DNA from: Mobula hypostoma
Taxonomy: Eukaryota
NCBI RefSeq assembly: GCF_963921235.1
Contig: NC_086097.1
Coordinates: 214,770,001 to 214,834,000 of the forward strand
Reading direction: 5' to 3'
DNA: 64,000 nt
The notes below the pieces were generated by a model. That model did no database searches. It was not told the DNA's origin and worked only from the letters and a program-made list of their open reading frames with translations. A program made the position numbers and the translations under genes. Positions 50,888-64,000 of this stretch are shown piece by piece. Each line of letters begins with the position of its first letter. Within the stretch, counting starts at the first letter, position 1.

Positions 50888-53800
50888 CTTTATACTTTAT
50901 TGTCGCCAAACAGTTGATATTAGAACGTACAATCGTCACAGCGATATTTGATTCTGCGCTTCCCACTCCCTGGATTACAAATATTAAATAATAAAAATAG
51001 TAAAAATTAGTAAATATTAAAAATTTAAATTATAAATCATAAATAGAATAAATGGAAAGTAAGGTAGTGCAAAAAAACCGAGAGGCAGGTCCGGATGTTT
51101 GGAGGGTACAGCCCAGGTCCGGGTCAGGATCCCTTCAGCAGTCTTATCACAGTTGGAAAGAAGCTGTTCCAAAATCTGGCTGTATGAGTCTTCAAGCTCT
51201 GAGCCTTCTCCCGGAGGGAAGAGGGATGAAAATTGTGTTGGCTGGATGGGTCCTGCTCCGACAGCGTACGGTATAAAGTGAGTCCAAGGACGGAAGATTG
51301 GTTTGTGTGATGTGCTGCGCCATGTTCATGATCTTCTGCAGCTTCTTTCGGTCTTGGACAGGACAACTTCCATACCAGGTTGTGATGCACCCTAGAAGAA
51401 TGCTTTCTATGGTGCATCTATAAAAATTAGTGAGGGTTTTAGGGGATAGGCCAAATTTCTTTAGTTTTCTCAGGAAGTAAAGGCGCTGGTGGGCCTTCTT
51501 GGCAGTGAACTCTGCTTGGTTGGACCAAGTCAGGTCATTTATGATATTGACCCCGAGGAACCTAAAGCTTTTGACCTGTTCCACTTGAGCACCACTGATG
51601 TAAATTGGGTCATGCGATCTACTACTCCTTCTGAAGTCAACAACTAATTCCTTCGTCTTGCTGACGTTGAGGGATAGGTTATTGTCTTTGCACCATGCCA
51701 CCAGGTTCTTAATTTCCCCTCTGTACTCAAAATCATCATTACCCGAGATACGGACTACAATTGTTGTGTCATCAACAAACTTACATATTGAGTTTGATGG
51801 AAACTTGGCTACACAATCATGAGTGTACAGTGAGTACAGCAGGGGGCTGAGTACACAGACTTGTGGGGCACCGGTGCTCAAAGTGATTGTAGAGGAGAGC
51901 TTGTCCCCTATTTTCACAGCCTAGGTCCTGTCTGTGAGGAAGTTGAAGATCCAGCTGCAGATCTGAGTGCTATGGCCCAGGTTCTGGAGCTTAGGAATCA
52001 GTTTATCTGGAATGACGGTATTAAAGGTAGAGCTGTAGTCAATGAAAAGGAGACTTACGTATGCATCTTTATTCTTCAGGTGTTCTAAGGAGGAATGTAG
52101 GGCCAGAGAGATGGCATCTGCCGTTGACTTGTTGCTCTGGTAGGCGAATTGCAAAGCGTCGAGATTGACCGGTAGACTGTGGTTGATGTGTGCCAAAACC
52201 AATCTCTCGAAGCACTTCATAGCAATTGATATCAGAGCCACAGGTCAATAGTCATTCAGGCATGCCGTCTTGCTCTTCTTCGGCACTGGGATTATCGTTG
52301 CCTTCTTAAAACACGAGGGAACATTAGGGGGGGCTTCTTCACACAGAGAGTGGTGGGAGTGTGGAATGAGCTGCCAGACGAGGTGGTAAATGCGGGTTCT
52401 TTATTAACATTTAAGAATAAATTGGACAGATACATGGATGGGAGGTGTATGGAGGGATATGGTCCGTGTGCAGGTCAGTGAGACTAGGCAGAAAATGGTT
52501 CGGCACAGCCAAGAAGGGCCAAAAGGCCTGTTTCTGTGCTGTAGTTTCTATAGTTTCTATGGTCTTCTATGGGATCTTAGACTGAAGCAAGGAGCAGTTG
52601 AAGATGTCAGCAAACACTCCACCTAGCTCGCTTGCACAGGCCCGGAGAACCTGTCCTGGGATGCCACCTGGGCCCGTCGCCTTCCTTGGATTTATCTTCA
52701 GGAAGGCCCTTCTAACGTCCTCCTCAGTGACGATGAATCTCGATGCCACCAGGTGCGGTTCATTCGGAGGGAGTGGGACGCTCTTCTTCTATTCAAATCT
52801 TGCGTAGAACACGTTAAGTTCGTCAGGAAGAGAAGCGCCACAGTTATTGATATTCCCAGCCTTTTCTTTGCACCCAGTGATCTCATTTAGACCCTGCCAT
52901 AGTCTACTGGCATCCCTCTGGTTAGCCTGGGCTTCCAACTTGGCTCGATATTGCCTCTTGGCGCCCTTAATGGCTTTCCGGAGTTCACGCCTGGATTCTG
53001 TGTAGCAACAGGTATCCCCGGACCTAAAATCCGCAGCTCTAGCCTTTAAAAGGGATTTGACCTCATAATTCATCCAAGGTTTCCAGTTAGGGAATACCCA
53101 GATGGTCTTGCGAGACACACAGTCCTCCGTACATTTCCAAATAAAGTCCGTGACTGCTGAGGCATACTCATCGAGGTTAGCTGCCAGGTCCTTGAATACT
53201 AACCAGTCCACCGATTCAAAGCAGTCACGGAGGACCTCATCTGTTTCCTCCATCCAACGCGACACTGCTTTTGACACCGTGACCTCCTGCTTCAGTTTCT
53301 GTTTGTAAGCCCGGAGGAGGAGTACGGCCTGATGGTCCGATTTTCCGAAGTGAGATCGTGGGATGGAACGGTAGGCATCCTTGACTGCTGTGTAGCAGTG
53401 GTCAAGTATATTCGGGCCTCTAGTGGGGCAGGAGACATGTTGGTATAACTTTGGCAGCGCCTTTCTGAGGTTGGCCTGGTTAAAGTCCCCGGCTGTAATG
53501 AGCAAAGCCTCCGGATACCTGGTCTCAAGTTCACTAATGTCGGCATACAGTATGTTCAGAGCACACTCCACGTCCGCCTGGGGGGGAATGTAGACCGCTG
53601 TCAGTATGACCGAGGTGAATTCCCGTGGCAGATAGTAGGGACGACCCTTCACCAACAGGTGTTCCAGGTCCGGGCTGCAGGAGCTTATCAGTGCCACTGT
53701 GTCCGAGCACCACGCAGTGTTGATCGATAGTCATAGTCATACTTCATTGATCCCGAGGGAAATTGGTTTTCATTACAGTTGCACCGTAAATAATTAAATG

Positions 53801-55650
53801 GTGATAAAACCATAAATAATTAAATAGCAATATGTAAATTATGCCAGGAAATAAGTCCAAGACTAGCCTATTGGTTCAGGGTGTCTGACCCTCCAAGGGA
53901 GGAGTTGTAAAGTTTGATGGCCACAGGCAGGAATGACTTCCTATGACGCTCTGTGTTGCATCTTGGTGGAATGAGTCTCTGGCTGAATGTACTCCTGTGC
54001 CCAACCAGTCCATTATGTAGTAGTTGGGAGACATTGTCCAAGATGACATGCAACTTGGACAGCATCCTCTTTTCAGACACCACCGTCAGAGAGTCCAGTT
54101 CCATCCCCACAACATCACTGGCCTTACGAATGATTTTGTTGATTCTGTTGGTGTCTGCCACCCTCAGCCTGCTGCCCCAGCACACAACAGCAAACATGAT
54201 CGCACTGGCCACCACAGACTCATAGAACATCCTCAGTAGCGTCCAACAGATGGTAAAGGACCTCAGTCTCCTCAGGAAATAGAGACGGCCCTGACCCTTC
54301 TTGTAGACAGCCTCAGTGTTCTTTCACCAGTCCAGTTTATTGTCAATTCATATCCCCAGGTATTTGTAATCCTCCATCATGTCCACACTGACCCCCTGGA
54401 TGGAAACAGGGGTCACTGGTGCTTTAGCCCTTCTCAGGTCTACCACCAGCTCCTTAGTCTTTTTCACATTAAGCTGCAGATAATTCTGCTCACACCATGT
54501 GACAAAGTTTCCTACCATAGCCCTGTACTCAGCCTCATCTCCCTTGCTGATGCATCCAACTATGGCAGAGTCATCAGAAAACTTCTGAAGATGACAGGAC
54601 TCTGTGCAGTAGTTGAAGTCCGAGGTGTAAATGGTGATAGGCAGACACCACCTCCCCTCGTCTTGCCTGAAGACGCCGTGCGGTCCATCCGATGGATCGA
54701 AAATCCCTCTGGTCGGATGGCACAGTTGGGGGTGACAGGGGAGAGCCAGGTCTCGGTGAAACAGAATACACAGCAGTTCTGCATCTCCCTGCAGTAGGTG
54801 AGTCTCCCTTTAAGATCATCCTCCTTGGTCTCTATGGCTTAGCTAGTAGGATGGTGGGCATAGGGACCCTGAAACTCCTCAGCTTCAATCTGGCCCAGCT
54901 CTTTTCCCACACTTCCTCGGTAAATAGTGTATCTTTCCAGGTTTCCATCGATGCAGTGTGTTGTTGTCAGCTCTTTGAGGTTGGTGGACGCATCCCGCGG
55001 GGATCGGTCGGTGGGTCGCATCATCAGGTGTTCCGGGTCGGGCCGAGTGATGGGGGAGGGTCTGCTGCCACTTCCAGCTGCGGGGGGCCCGGGCTGTCAA
55101 TTGGGTCGGGCCCCAAAGCTTACACTTAATCCCGGATGGCCGGGCTCCTGGCTGAAACAAGTCCGTAAGCCAAGTCACGGTTGCGGAGGCCTCCGCTCCA
55201 GCCGAGCCTCAGGCTTGATTTCCGAGGTCGGCGGCGGAGGCCTCACTTCCGGCAGCTGTGGATGGCCACCAATGGGGCTTTATGGTGGTCGCTCCGGGGA
55301 AGCTTCTGGGGTACCTTGAGGTCTCCGCCGTCACTTCTGTGTGGTCGTCTGCTCCGGAGAGGTGCTGGTCGGAATGGGCCATGTCTCCAAGCGCTCCAGC
55401 ACGGTAGCAGACCGCGGGTCTCCAGGAACATGGTGGGCCTTGCTGGTCGGGTCCAGGTGCGGTCCGGAGTTTAAGAAGCAATTCTGGCGCGGTGGTCTCC
55501 AGCTGGGTCAGTAGCTTCGCCAGGGTGTTGTTGATCTTGCTAGATGTACCAGATTGAAGGTTTAGAAGGGTTTCTCGGATATAGGATAGTGGAGAGGGCA
55601 GTTTGCTCAGGAGAGCACGTGCAAAGTCGCCAGTTACCGGTGCCATCTTT
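50888..55650 (-). mobile_element. Near full-length Rex1/Babar LINE (APE + RT), with nested CR1 end (52322-52563) and a second Rex/Babar (53727-54632)
   Basis: FCFTETWL, AVYIPP, AGDFN, GKSDH (APE); [31 protein letters not shown] (RT). 5' end AAGATGGCACC. Confidence 0.9.
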
Positions 55651-57140
55651 CTTCAAGTTCCTCCATGCTCTCACGTCTGTCTCCATCAAATCAGGACTGT
55701 GCACGGCACCCTACTTGGCAGATAACAGATATCACTCACCGGAGTGGCCGCTGAATGCTGCGTCACGCCGCCATCTTCTCCTCCTCCCCTCACGGGGAGA
55801 ACGTACCAACTCCTTACAGGCAGTAGCGAGAATTGAACCTGTGTCACCTGTACTGTAGAGCGTTGTGCTAACCACTACTCTCCTGTGCCGCCCAACAATT
55901 GTCAAGAAGCAGCCTGGTAATCTCAGGTTCCAAGTTCAGTTCTCACACCAGAGATCTTTATCTATTTCCCAGCTTTTCATTCAGGAGTTTTGTTTCATTA
56001 AAGTTCCAAACTCTGCCTTTTTCCAGTGCCATAGTGAACATAGTGAACATCTGCCCACTCCTGGTAGCAAAGGTATTCTTTCCTACTGGTGTTACATTGG
56101 AGCCACATCTACATCAGTGTGCACTGCCTCCCAAGCTGTGTACTATTTAACTATTTTTCCAAGACACACCCCCCCACCCGCCCCAGTTGCTTGTCTTATC
56201 CTCTTAGTACAAAGCTTGATAGACACTCTGGAAGGTGGCTCTTCTGAGGCCATGAGACAATTGAGCTGGTTCCACAACTTACAGCCTTTTCTGGGAAGGT
56301 TCGTCTAGCATGTATCAAAATGTGATGTTGGGAATCTCGTTAAGTCCCAGAATGATTTTGAAAGTAAAATCAAACAAAAACATATTACCACAAAGCAGTG
56401 CAGTGAAGCACTCTCATTTCAGATAGAATGTTGGCTTCAGACAAGTTACAGATAGCAAGCAATTTTCACGCTGTCAGTCACGCATAGTTATTTCAATCAT
56501 AAACTAAGAGTAAGAAATTCTTTGTATTTGAGAAAGATTTTAATAAACAGGCTTAAAGGTCACTTTTTTAGAGAGCAAGTATCTGATAGACTCCTCAGAG
56601 TGTAGTTATATTAAGTAGTCTTATAAATTTGGCGTAAATGCCAGACACTAAATTTTGGCCATCAGTATATTCTTGACATTAAGTGAAACTCCACTAAACA
56701 CACTGGGGACATTCTATATAGTATTAATATATACACTGTGCTCGAGGTTACTCACCAAGTTATTTAATAAGTGAACATATTCATTAGATCATATTTTTAA
56801 TTAAATTCATTTTACCATATTAAAATAATAGCATTCGAAGCTAATTTGTTTTATTAAATACTTCATTGACATAGTGCTCAAGTGTTAAGATCTGAAAGTA
56901 TTATATTACAATTCTTCTCACTACTAAACTATATTCCCAAGATGACAAGCTCAAAACAGATCACAATCATTATTCAGAAGTTTAAAGATATTTTATATCA
57001 CTGTTAGTAATCAGATATTCAAGTATAACCAGATTTTCAAGGAGGATTCTGTATCTCGGCTGCTTCAAAAAGAATATATTGCTAATCATCTTAAAGCAGA
57101 ACAAATATTAAATGGGTCTTATTCATGACATATTCATAAT

Positions 57141-57941
57141 CATTGTTCCCTCTGATTTGAAATGACCAATGGGTATAAAAATATTATGCTGTGCAATTTT
57201 TTGCCCAGTGATGACAACATGTGCGGACTGAATTTTATATATAGAGGTATTCATTTGAACAGCTAGCAAAACACTGATCTAAAGAACTGGGATCTCCTCT
57301 GGGTTTGGTTGTTTTCGCTGTCTGCACTCTCAGAAAGAATACATATCAGGCCTGTCACGCGAGTTTCTCGCTGGAAGTTTTGCACATTGTCCATAGGTGA
57401 CTTGCTTGCTAAATGGCACTTTAAGAAGTCAAATTTCCAAATATCACTCCATTTCTTCCCACTTGCAAACTCTCTAGCAACTTGTGCAATGCAACAGCAC
57501 ATGCAGGTAACACCAGTTTCTGCATTGTACATAAATATTTCTCGTAACTGCATATTCCTGATCTCATGAGCTTTCGGGTGCAGCAGTTTCTACTGTTTCA
57601 TTAAGCTATTCCACTTCAGATGAACTAGCAGTTCTTTTGTGCTTCACGCCCTTTGCTTCTTTGGAATTCAACTTAGTGAATCAATTTTTTTTTCAATAAA
57701 AAATAGTATTAAAAAACCAGTTCTAAATTCTGCAGACAAGTCATCACAAACTCCTCGTTGTCAACGCCGTCTGCATCAGAAACTGGAAAATGAAACGTGA
57801 TTGTGTATGATCATGAAATATACTTAACATTCCAATGAGGTAGTGGGTGACACCTTTTTGTGAACAGATTATATTCATTTGTGCGCTAGTAGCAAAAGAC
57901 ATGACGCACGCGCGCATGTGTACACCTTAGAGGGAACATTG
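57141..57941 (-). mobile_element. Non-autonomous hAT element with TIRs and 8-bp TSD
   Basis: TIRs CATTGTTCCCTCT/AGAGGGAACATTG; TSD TTCATAAT/TCCATAAT; Cys/His-containing N-terminal transposase-like fragment (57263-57553). Confidence 0.85.
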
Positions 57942-60179
57942 TCCATAATTTGCAATTCTGAATGTGGCCAGCTCTAAACTTGAGTTTGAATAAAAGTGTA
58001 ATTTAATTAATCCATGATATAAATACAAGACTGCGATATTTTACTGCATTAAGACCACACTTTGACAGTGCTTACAGTTTCAGTTTCCTAAACTAAGAAT
58101 TGAAATATTTGTTATGGAGGAAATGCAACTGAGACTTACTAGCCTGGTTTCTGGAATGGTGGGTTTACTACATGAGGAGTGATTGACCGGACCAGCCCTG
58201 TATGCTCTAGAGCTTAGTAGTATGAGAGTTGAGTTCAATAAAAGCACTGAAGTTGTATAGGGCTTGAGAATAGATACAGAGCGGATGTTACCCCTCACTA
58301 AGGAATGTCAAACCACGTGTCTCAGTTTCAAAATAAGAGTTAGGCCATGTGGGCCTGAGATGAGAAGTTTGAGCACGACTAATAAACAGGCTGAATGAGA
58401 GGTTGTTAGACAGCAAGTTAGACTCCTCAAGTACAGCTGTTAAAGTAGTCCAATAAAATGGGTAGACTGGACCGATGTGGCCTCATTTAGAAGAACAGGA
58501 GGTGAAAACGTGATATGTTAAATACCTAAGGGGGTTTACTTGGTCAATGATCAGCGAGTATTTCCCTTAGCTTGAACTGAAAATACCAATCTTAAAATAG
58601 GAACTTAGCTACAAGAGGAAGGTGTGAAGAGTAATTTCTTATCTCAAAATGTCATATGTCTTCAGAAACTTGAGTATATTAAAGACAGGATTAAGAAGTT
58701 TTGTTTTGTATTTGGGAAATTGAGGTAAAATGTTAAATGGTTCTGAATAATATGACAAATTTACAGTGATAAGTGTCCTACTCTGCTTCTATTTCTGGAA
58801 GTTTCACGTTCTTAGAAGTGATTAATATGTATGACTTTGCTGCACAGGGTAAAATTGGTCGAGCATTTCAGAGCTTTTTCATGCAGAATAGCAATCAACA
58901 TTTAATCACTGCCGGAAATGTTTTCCCAAATCCTGAAGCATTAATCTTGTACTTGCCTCTACTTCCATCCTTTTCTGTAAGGTTCTTAAGTAGAGAAAGA
59001 GAAATGTTTATGAGAGGAATGAAACACGGGGGCACTAAAATGTGATCATGAGTTGGGACTGGTGTTTGTGTGGGTGTACTGCTGACTGCTTGTCATAATT
59101 TTATTGGAAAATCCAACTAGGAATTGTCTGTTGGTATTTTCTCTGAAGTTTTGCCTGGAGAAATGGACTATGGAATAATGATGGGAAATTGAATGCTTCC
59201 TTTACCTCCATGAAAATTCAATCTCATGGAATACTCTTTAAATCTGGCATGGATGTAAACTTATTGTAAAATAAAAAGGACAATAGGAGGTTCTTGATAT
59301 TTGTTACAGTGAGGAACAAAGGAAATCAATTTAAATAAATGCTTGTGGAATGCTAAAACAACACATGGAAAAAATAATCCACTTTTAGAAATAATGCGTT
59401 ACCAGATCTTACATATAGTAGACCCCCATGAGAGATACCAAAGACAAAGCGGTATCTTGCTGCAACCAATACTAAAGAGGAGCTGTTGGACTGACAGTTA
59501 ACATTCACTACCATACCAAATTTTTCATTAAGCATTAACATTGCCAGCCCTCAAAGTGACCAGTGATTTCTTGCTGAATGCATGTTTTCTGATAATATTG
59601 AAGTCAAGTTTATTAATGAACTGTTGATAGCTCTACAGGTTAGTAATTCAGTAGAATCTTAGAAACAATTGTGTATTAATTACAAGGAATTATTTGCATT
59701 CACTGTCTTGTCTGCTTTAGGCATATAAATGAGAGCTCTTATCTGGGTGTCATCTAATCACTGACAAGATAGAAGAGACTGAAAGCAAAACCACAAAGAC
59801 AATGTTTATGGACAATTAATTGTTTGAATTTAGGACCAATCCTTCTCTTTGCTATAGAGAACTTCAAATCTCCAAGGTATCTTTCTATGTGGGTTTGAAT
59901 TACTTGACTAGAAAATAAATGTTATAATCCTTGTTGAAATGTGACAAATTCAACATGGTGTCAATGATAAAATAATGAAGGTGATCATCTTTTAATGTAA
60001 AATAGTTGTAGTTTGATTGACGTTGATTTAATTCCCTTTGAATCCCAAAAGCTAATTGCCCTCAATTACCTGTTGTATCCCCAATAATACAATTGCTTGC
60101 AAATTCCTGCAGATTTAGCACAGTTCAGGAGCAGTACAATATATATTTAAAACAACAGAGACAAATAATGAAGAAATCT

Positions 60180-62120
60180 CCAATACGAGCTGAGGTGAAT
60201 GGGGATTCGTTAGTTAGGGGAACAGAAATGAGGTGCTGTGGACAAGAACGAGATTCCTGGATGGTACATTGCCGTTCGGGTGCCGGGGTCCTGGACATCT
60301 TGGATCGAGTCTTCAGCGTTCTTAAGTGGAAGGGTAAACAGCCAGAGGTCCACGTAGGTACCAATGACACAGGTAGGAAGATTGACAAGTTCTGCAAAGA
60401 GTGTTCAGGGAGTTGCGTGCTAAGTTAAGGGGAATCAGAAACAGGTTTATTATCACCGGCATGTATGTTAACTTAGCAGCAGCAGTTCAATGCAATACAT
60501 AATATAGAAGAAAATAAATAAATAAATAACAGTACTGTACATGTATATTGAATAGATTAAAAATTGTGCAAAAACAGAGATGATATATATTAAAAAATGA
60601 GATGGTGTTCACAGGTTCAATATCCATTTAGGAATCGGATGCCAGTGGGGAAGAAGCTGTTCCTGAATCGCTGAGTGTGCGCCTTCAGGCTTCTGTACCT
60701 CCTACCTGATGGTAATAATGAGAAAAGGGCATGCCCTGGGTGCTGGATGTCCTTAATAATGGATGCTGCCTTTCTGAGACACCGCTCCTTGAAGATGTCC
60801 TGGGTACTTTGTAGGCTAGTAGCCAAGATGGAGCTGACTAAATTTACTCCCCTCTGCAGCCTTTGCAGTAGCAGACTGTGATACAGCCTGTCAGAGATTT
60901 ATGAGTGGTTTTGTTAACATACCAAATCTCCTCAAACTCCTAATGAAGTGTAGTCACTGTCTTGCCTTCTTTGTAGCTGCATCGATATGTTGGGACCAGA
61001 TTAGATCCTCAGAGATCTTGACACTCAGGAACTTGAAACTGCTCACTCTCTCCACTTCTGATCCCTCTATGAGGATTGGTACGTGTTCCTTCATCTTACC
61101 CTTCTTGAAGTCCACGATCAGCTCTTTCGTCTTACTGACGTTGAGTGCCAGGTTGTTCCTATGGCACCACTCCACTAGTTGGTATATCTCACTCCTGTAC
61201 GCCCTCTCGTCACCACCTGAGATTCTACCAACAATAGTTGTATTATCAGCAAATTTATAGATAGTATTTGAACTATGCCTAGCCACACAGTCATGTGTAT
61301 AGAGAGAGTAGAGCAGTGGGCTAAGTACACGCCCAAGGTGCACCAGTGTTGATCGTCAGTGAGGAGGAGATATTATCTCAAATACACACTGATTGTGGTC
61401 TTCCTGTTAGGAAGTCGAGCATCCAATTGCAGAGGGATGTACAGAGTCCAGCTTCGGTAACTTATCAGTCAGGTTTGTGGGAATGATGGTCTTAAATGCT
61501 GAGCTATAGTCGATGAACAGAATCTTGACATAGGTGTTTGTATTGTCCAGGTGGTCTAAGGCCATGTGAAGAGCCATTGAGATTGCGTCTGCCGTTGACC
61601 TATTGCGGCGATAAGCAAAATGCAACGGGTCCAGGTCCTTGCTGAGGCAGGAGTTCAGTCTAGTCATGACCAGCCTCTCAAAGCATTTCATCACTGTAGA
61701 TGTGAGTTACTGGGCAATAGTCATGAAGGCAGCTCACGTTATTCTTCTTAGGCACTGGTATAATTTTTGCCTTTCTGAAGTAAGTGGGAACTTCTGCCTG
61801 TAGCAGTGAGAGGTTGAAAATGTCCTCGAATACTCCCGCCAGTTGGTTGGCACAGGTTTTCAGAGCCTTACCAGGTATTCCATTGGGACCTTCCACCTTG
61901 CAAGGAAGGACCTTCAGTGTTGTGATCTCAGTATTACTACCCATGTCACATGCTAGTGTGGCCAGAAATAGGAAGGTTATACAGTTTAACACATGGTTAA
62001 GGAGTTGGTGTAGGAGAGAGGGCATCAGATTTTTGGGTCATTTAGCTCTCTTCCGGGGAAGGTGGAACCTTTACCTCCACAGAAGAGACAGTTTGTACCT
62101 GAACTGGAAGGGGACAAATG
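60180..62120 (+). mobile_element. CR1 ORF1 (SGNH esterase) fragment split by a Rex1/Babar insertion
   Basis: GDSLVRG and HVGTND at 60200-60370, resuming ISVLLP...FNTWLRSWCRREG after about 61905. Confidence 0.8.
60432..61905 (-). mobile_element. Rex1/Babar RT + 3' UTR
   Basis: [42 protein letters not shown]. Confidence 0.9.
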
Positions 62121-63670
62121 TGCAGTGCAGAGGAGATTTACGAGGATGTTGCCTCGATTGGAGGGGTACTTTATGAGAATAGGTTGAGTGAACTTGGCCT
62201 TTTCTTGGAGCGACGGAGGATGAGCGGTGACCTGATAGAGGTGTATAAGATGATGATAGGCGTTGATTGTATGGATAGCCAGAGGCTCTTTCCCAGGGCT
62301 GAAATGGCTAATATGATGGGGCATAGTATTAAAGTGCTTGCAAATAGGTACTGAGGAGATGTCAGGGATAAGTTTTTCACACAGAGAGTGGTGGGTGCGT
62401 GGAATGCACTGCCGGCAGTGGTAGTAGAAATGGATACAATAGGATCTTTTAAGACCCTCTTAGATAGGTACGTGGAGCTTAGAAAAATAGAGGGCTATGT
62501 GGTAGGGAAATTCTAGGCAGTCTCTGGAGTAGGTTACATGGTCAGCACAACACTACTGAGCTGCCAGTCCTGTTCCTCCTGCAACCAAGTTTCACTCATG
62601 GCTACAATATCATAATTCCATGTGTTGATCCATGCCCTGAGCTCATCTGCCTTTCCTACAATACTTGAAACATACGCACCTCAGGACATTAGTTGCACCA
62701 GTCATCTTCTGATTCCTGACTTTGTCTGAGGTCTTAACAACATCTGTTTCCTCAACCTCTCCACTAACTGTTCAGGCATTCTGGTTCCCATACCCTTGCA
62801 ACTCCAGTTTAAACATCACTCCCTGCCCCTCTCCCCATGCCGCACTAGCAAAACTTCCTGTTAGAGCATTTATAGAACATAGAAATTTACAGCACATTAC
62901 AGGACTTTTGGCCCTATTTTCTATGTTTCTATGTTTCTATGGATGGGATATATGAGTATTTGGACAGACATGGACAGATTAGGGATAGTCAGCATGGTTT
63001 TGTGTGTGGTAAGTAGTGTCTAACCAACGTTACAGAGTTTTTCGAGGAAGTTACCAGAAGGCAAGGCAGTGGATGTTGTCTACATGGACTTTAGTAAGGC
63101 ATTTGACATGGTCCCACACGAGGAGTTGGTCAAGAAGGTTCAGACACTTGACATTGAAGATGAGGTTGTAAATTGGATTAGACACTGGCTTTGTGGGAAA
63201 AGATAGAGAGTGGTAGTAGATGGTTGCTTCTCCGACTGGAGGCCTGTGACTAGTGGAGTAGAGCAGGAATTAGTGCTGGGCCCATTGTTGTTTGTCATCT
63301 ATATTAATGATCTGAATGATAATGTTGTTAATTGAATCAGCAAATTTGTAGAATACACCAAAATTGGGGGTGTAATGGATGGTGAAGAAGACTATCAGAG
63401 CTTGCATTGAGATAAGGAGCAGCTCAAAAAATGGCGGGTGAAATTCAATGCAGACAAGTGTGAGGTGTTGCACTTTGGTAGGATCAAACAGGGGAGGTCT
63501 TATATAGTGAATAGTAGGGCATTGATAGGGTAAATGCAAACAGGCTTTTTCCACTGAGTTTGGTGGAACTATAACTGGAGGTCATGAGTTAAGTGTGAAA
63601 GGTGAAAAATTTAAAGTGAACATGAGCGAAAATTTCTTCATTCAGAGGGTCGCAAAAGTATGGAATGAGT
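62120..63670. mobile_element. Cluster of CR1 fragments (62120-62535 +, 62540-62860 -, 62940-63670 +)
   Basis: MSGDLIEVYKMM; APE start on minus; decayed YMDFSKAFD RT region on plus. Confidence 0.8.
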
Positions 63671-64000
63671 GCAAATTTCTCAAAGTCTGAAGGATTTAGG
63701 GTGCAGGGAAAGATAAGGATGTGGGAGTGAATCATGCAGTCCAGTACCTGCCCTCCTGCCTGAAGGAATTGTTGTGAGTGGTGCTTGAGAGAATGTCATT
63801 CCACTTGACACTCCATGTGGTTCTCTGAAGGTACAAGAATCAATTAATCTGATTTATAAAGTGTCTGACAGGAGATGAGATTATCTGGTAGCTTCCAACA
63901 TTACCACAACTATTCCTACTTCAATTTATCAAGATTCTAGACTGTTTATTTTCATTCCCTGTACACAAGTGCAAAGGAATACGTAATAGTTGTTACACCA

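Larger units (their letters stand above)
48765..55893 (-). mobile_element. V-SINE split into 48765-48900 and 55790-55893 by a nested stack of retroelements
   Basis: SINE core AAACCCACA ends at 48900 and resumes CACGGGGAGAACGTAC...GAATTGAACC at about 55791. Confidence 0.7.

Overview
This is vertebrate genomic DNA, most likely from a cartilaginous fish (ray or shark, inferred from the repeat families). The only clearly recognisable host coding sequence is one 198-nt internal exon of NKAIN3 (+ strand, 24919-25116), so the window is probably NKAIN3 intron. Most of the rest is decayed, heavily nested transposable elements: CR1, Rex1/Babar, RTE, L1, Hero-type and Penelope-like (PLE) retroelements, tRNA-derived SINEs, hAT DNA transposons and one solo LTR. 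Nearly all ORF-track entries are TE fragments or antisense ORFs. The most interesting signal is RNA structure. Two RTE-associated elements with different sequences begin with HDV-like double-pseudoknot ribozyme folds, and both carry an unusual extra hairpin inserted at the 3' side of loop L3; a third, weaker candidate is also present. The PLE copies carry minimal hammerhead ribozymes (one intact), their 5' breakpoints cluster in hammerhead stem II, and one forms a perfect 79-bp fold-back. A candidate small antisense gene (CCAAT, TATA, spliced leader, signal-peptide-like exon) lies at about 9.4-10.1 kb. All structures were folded by eye and none has been tested.
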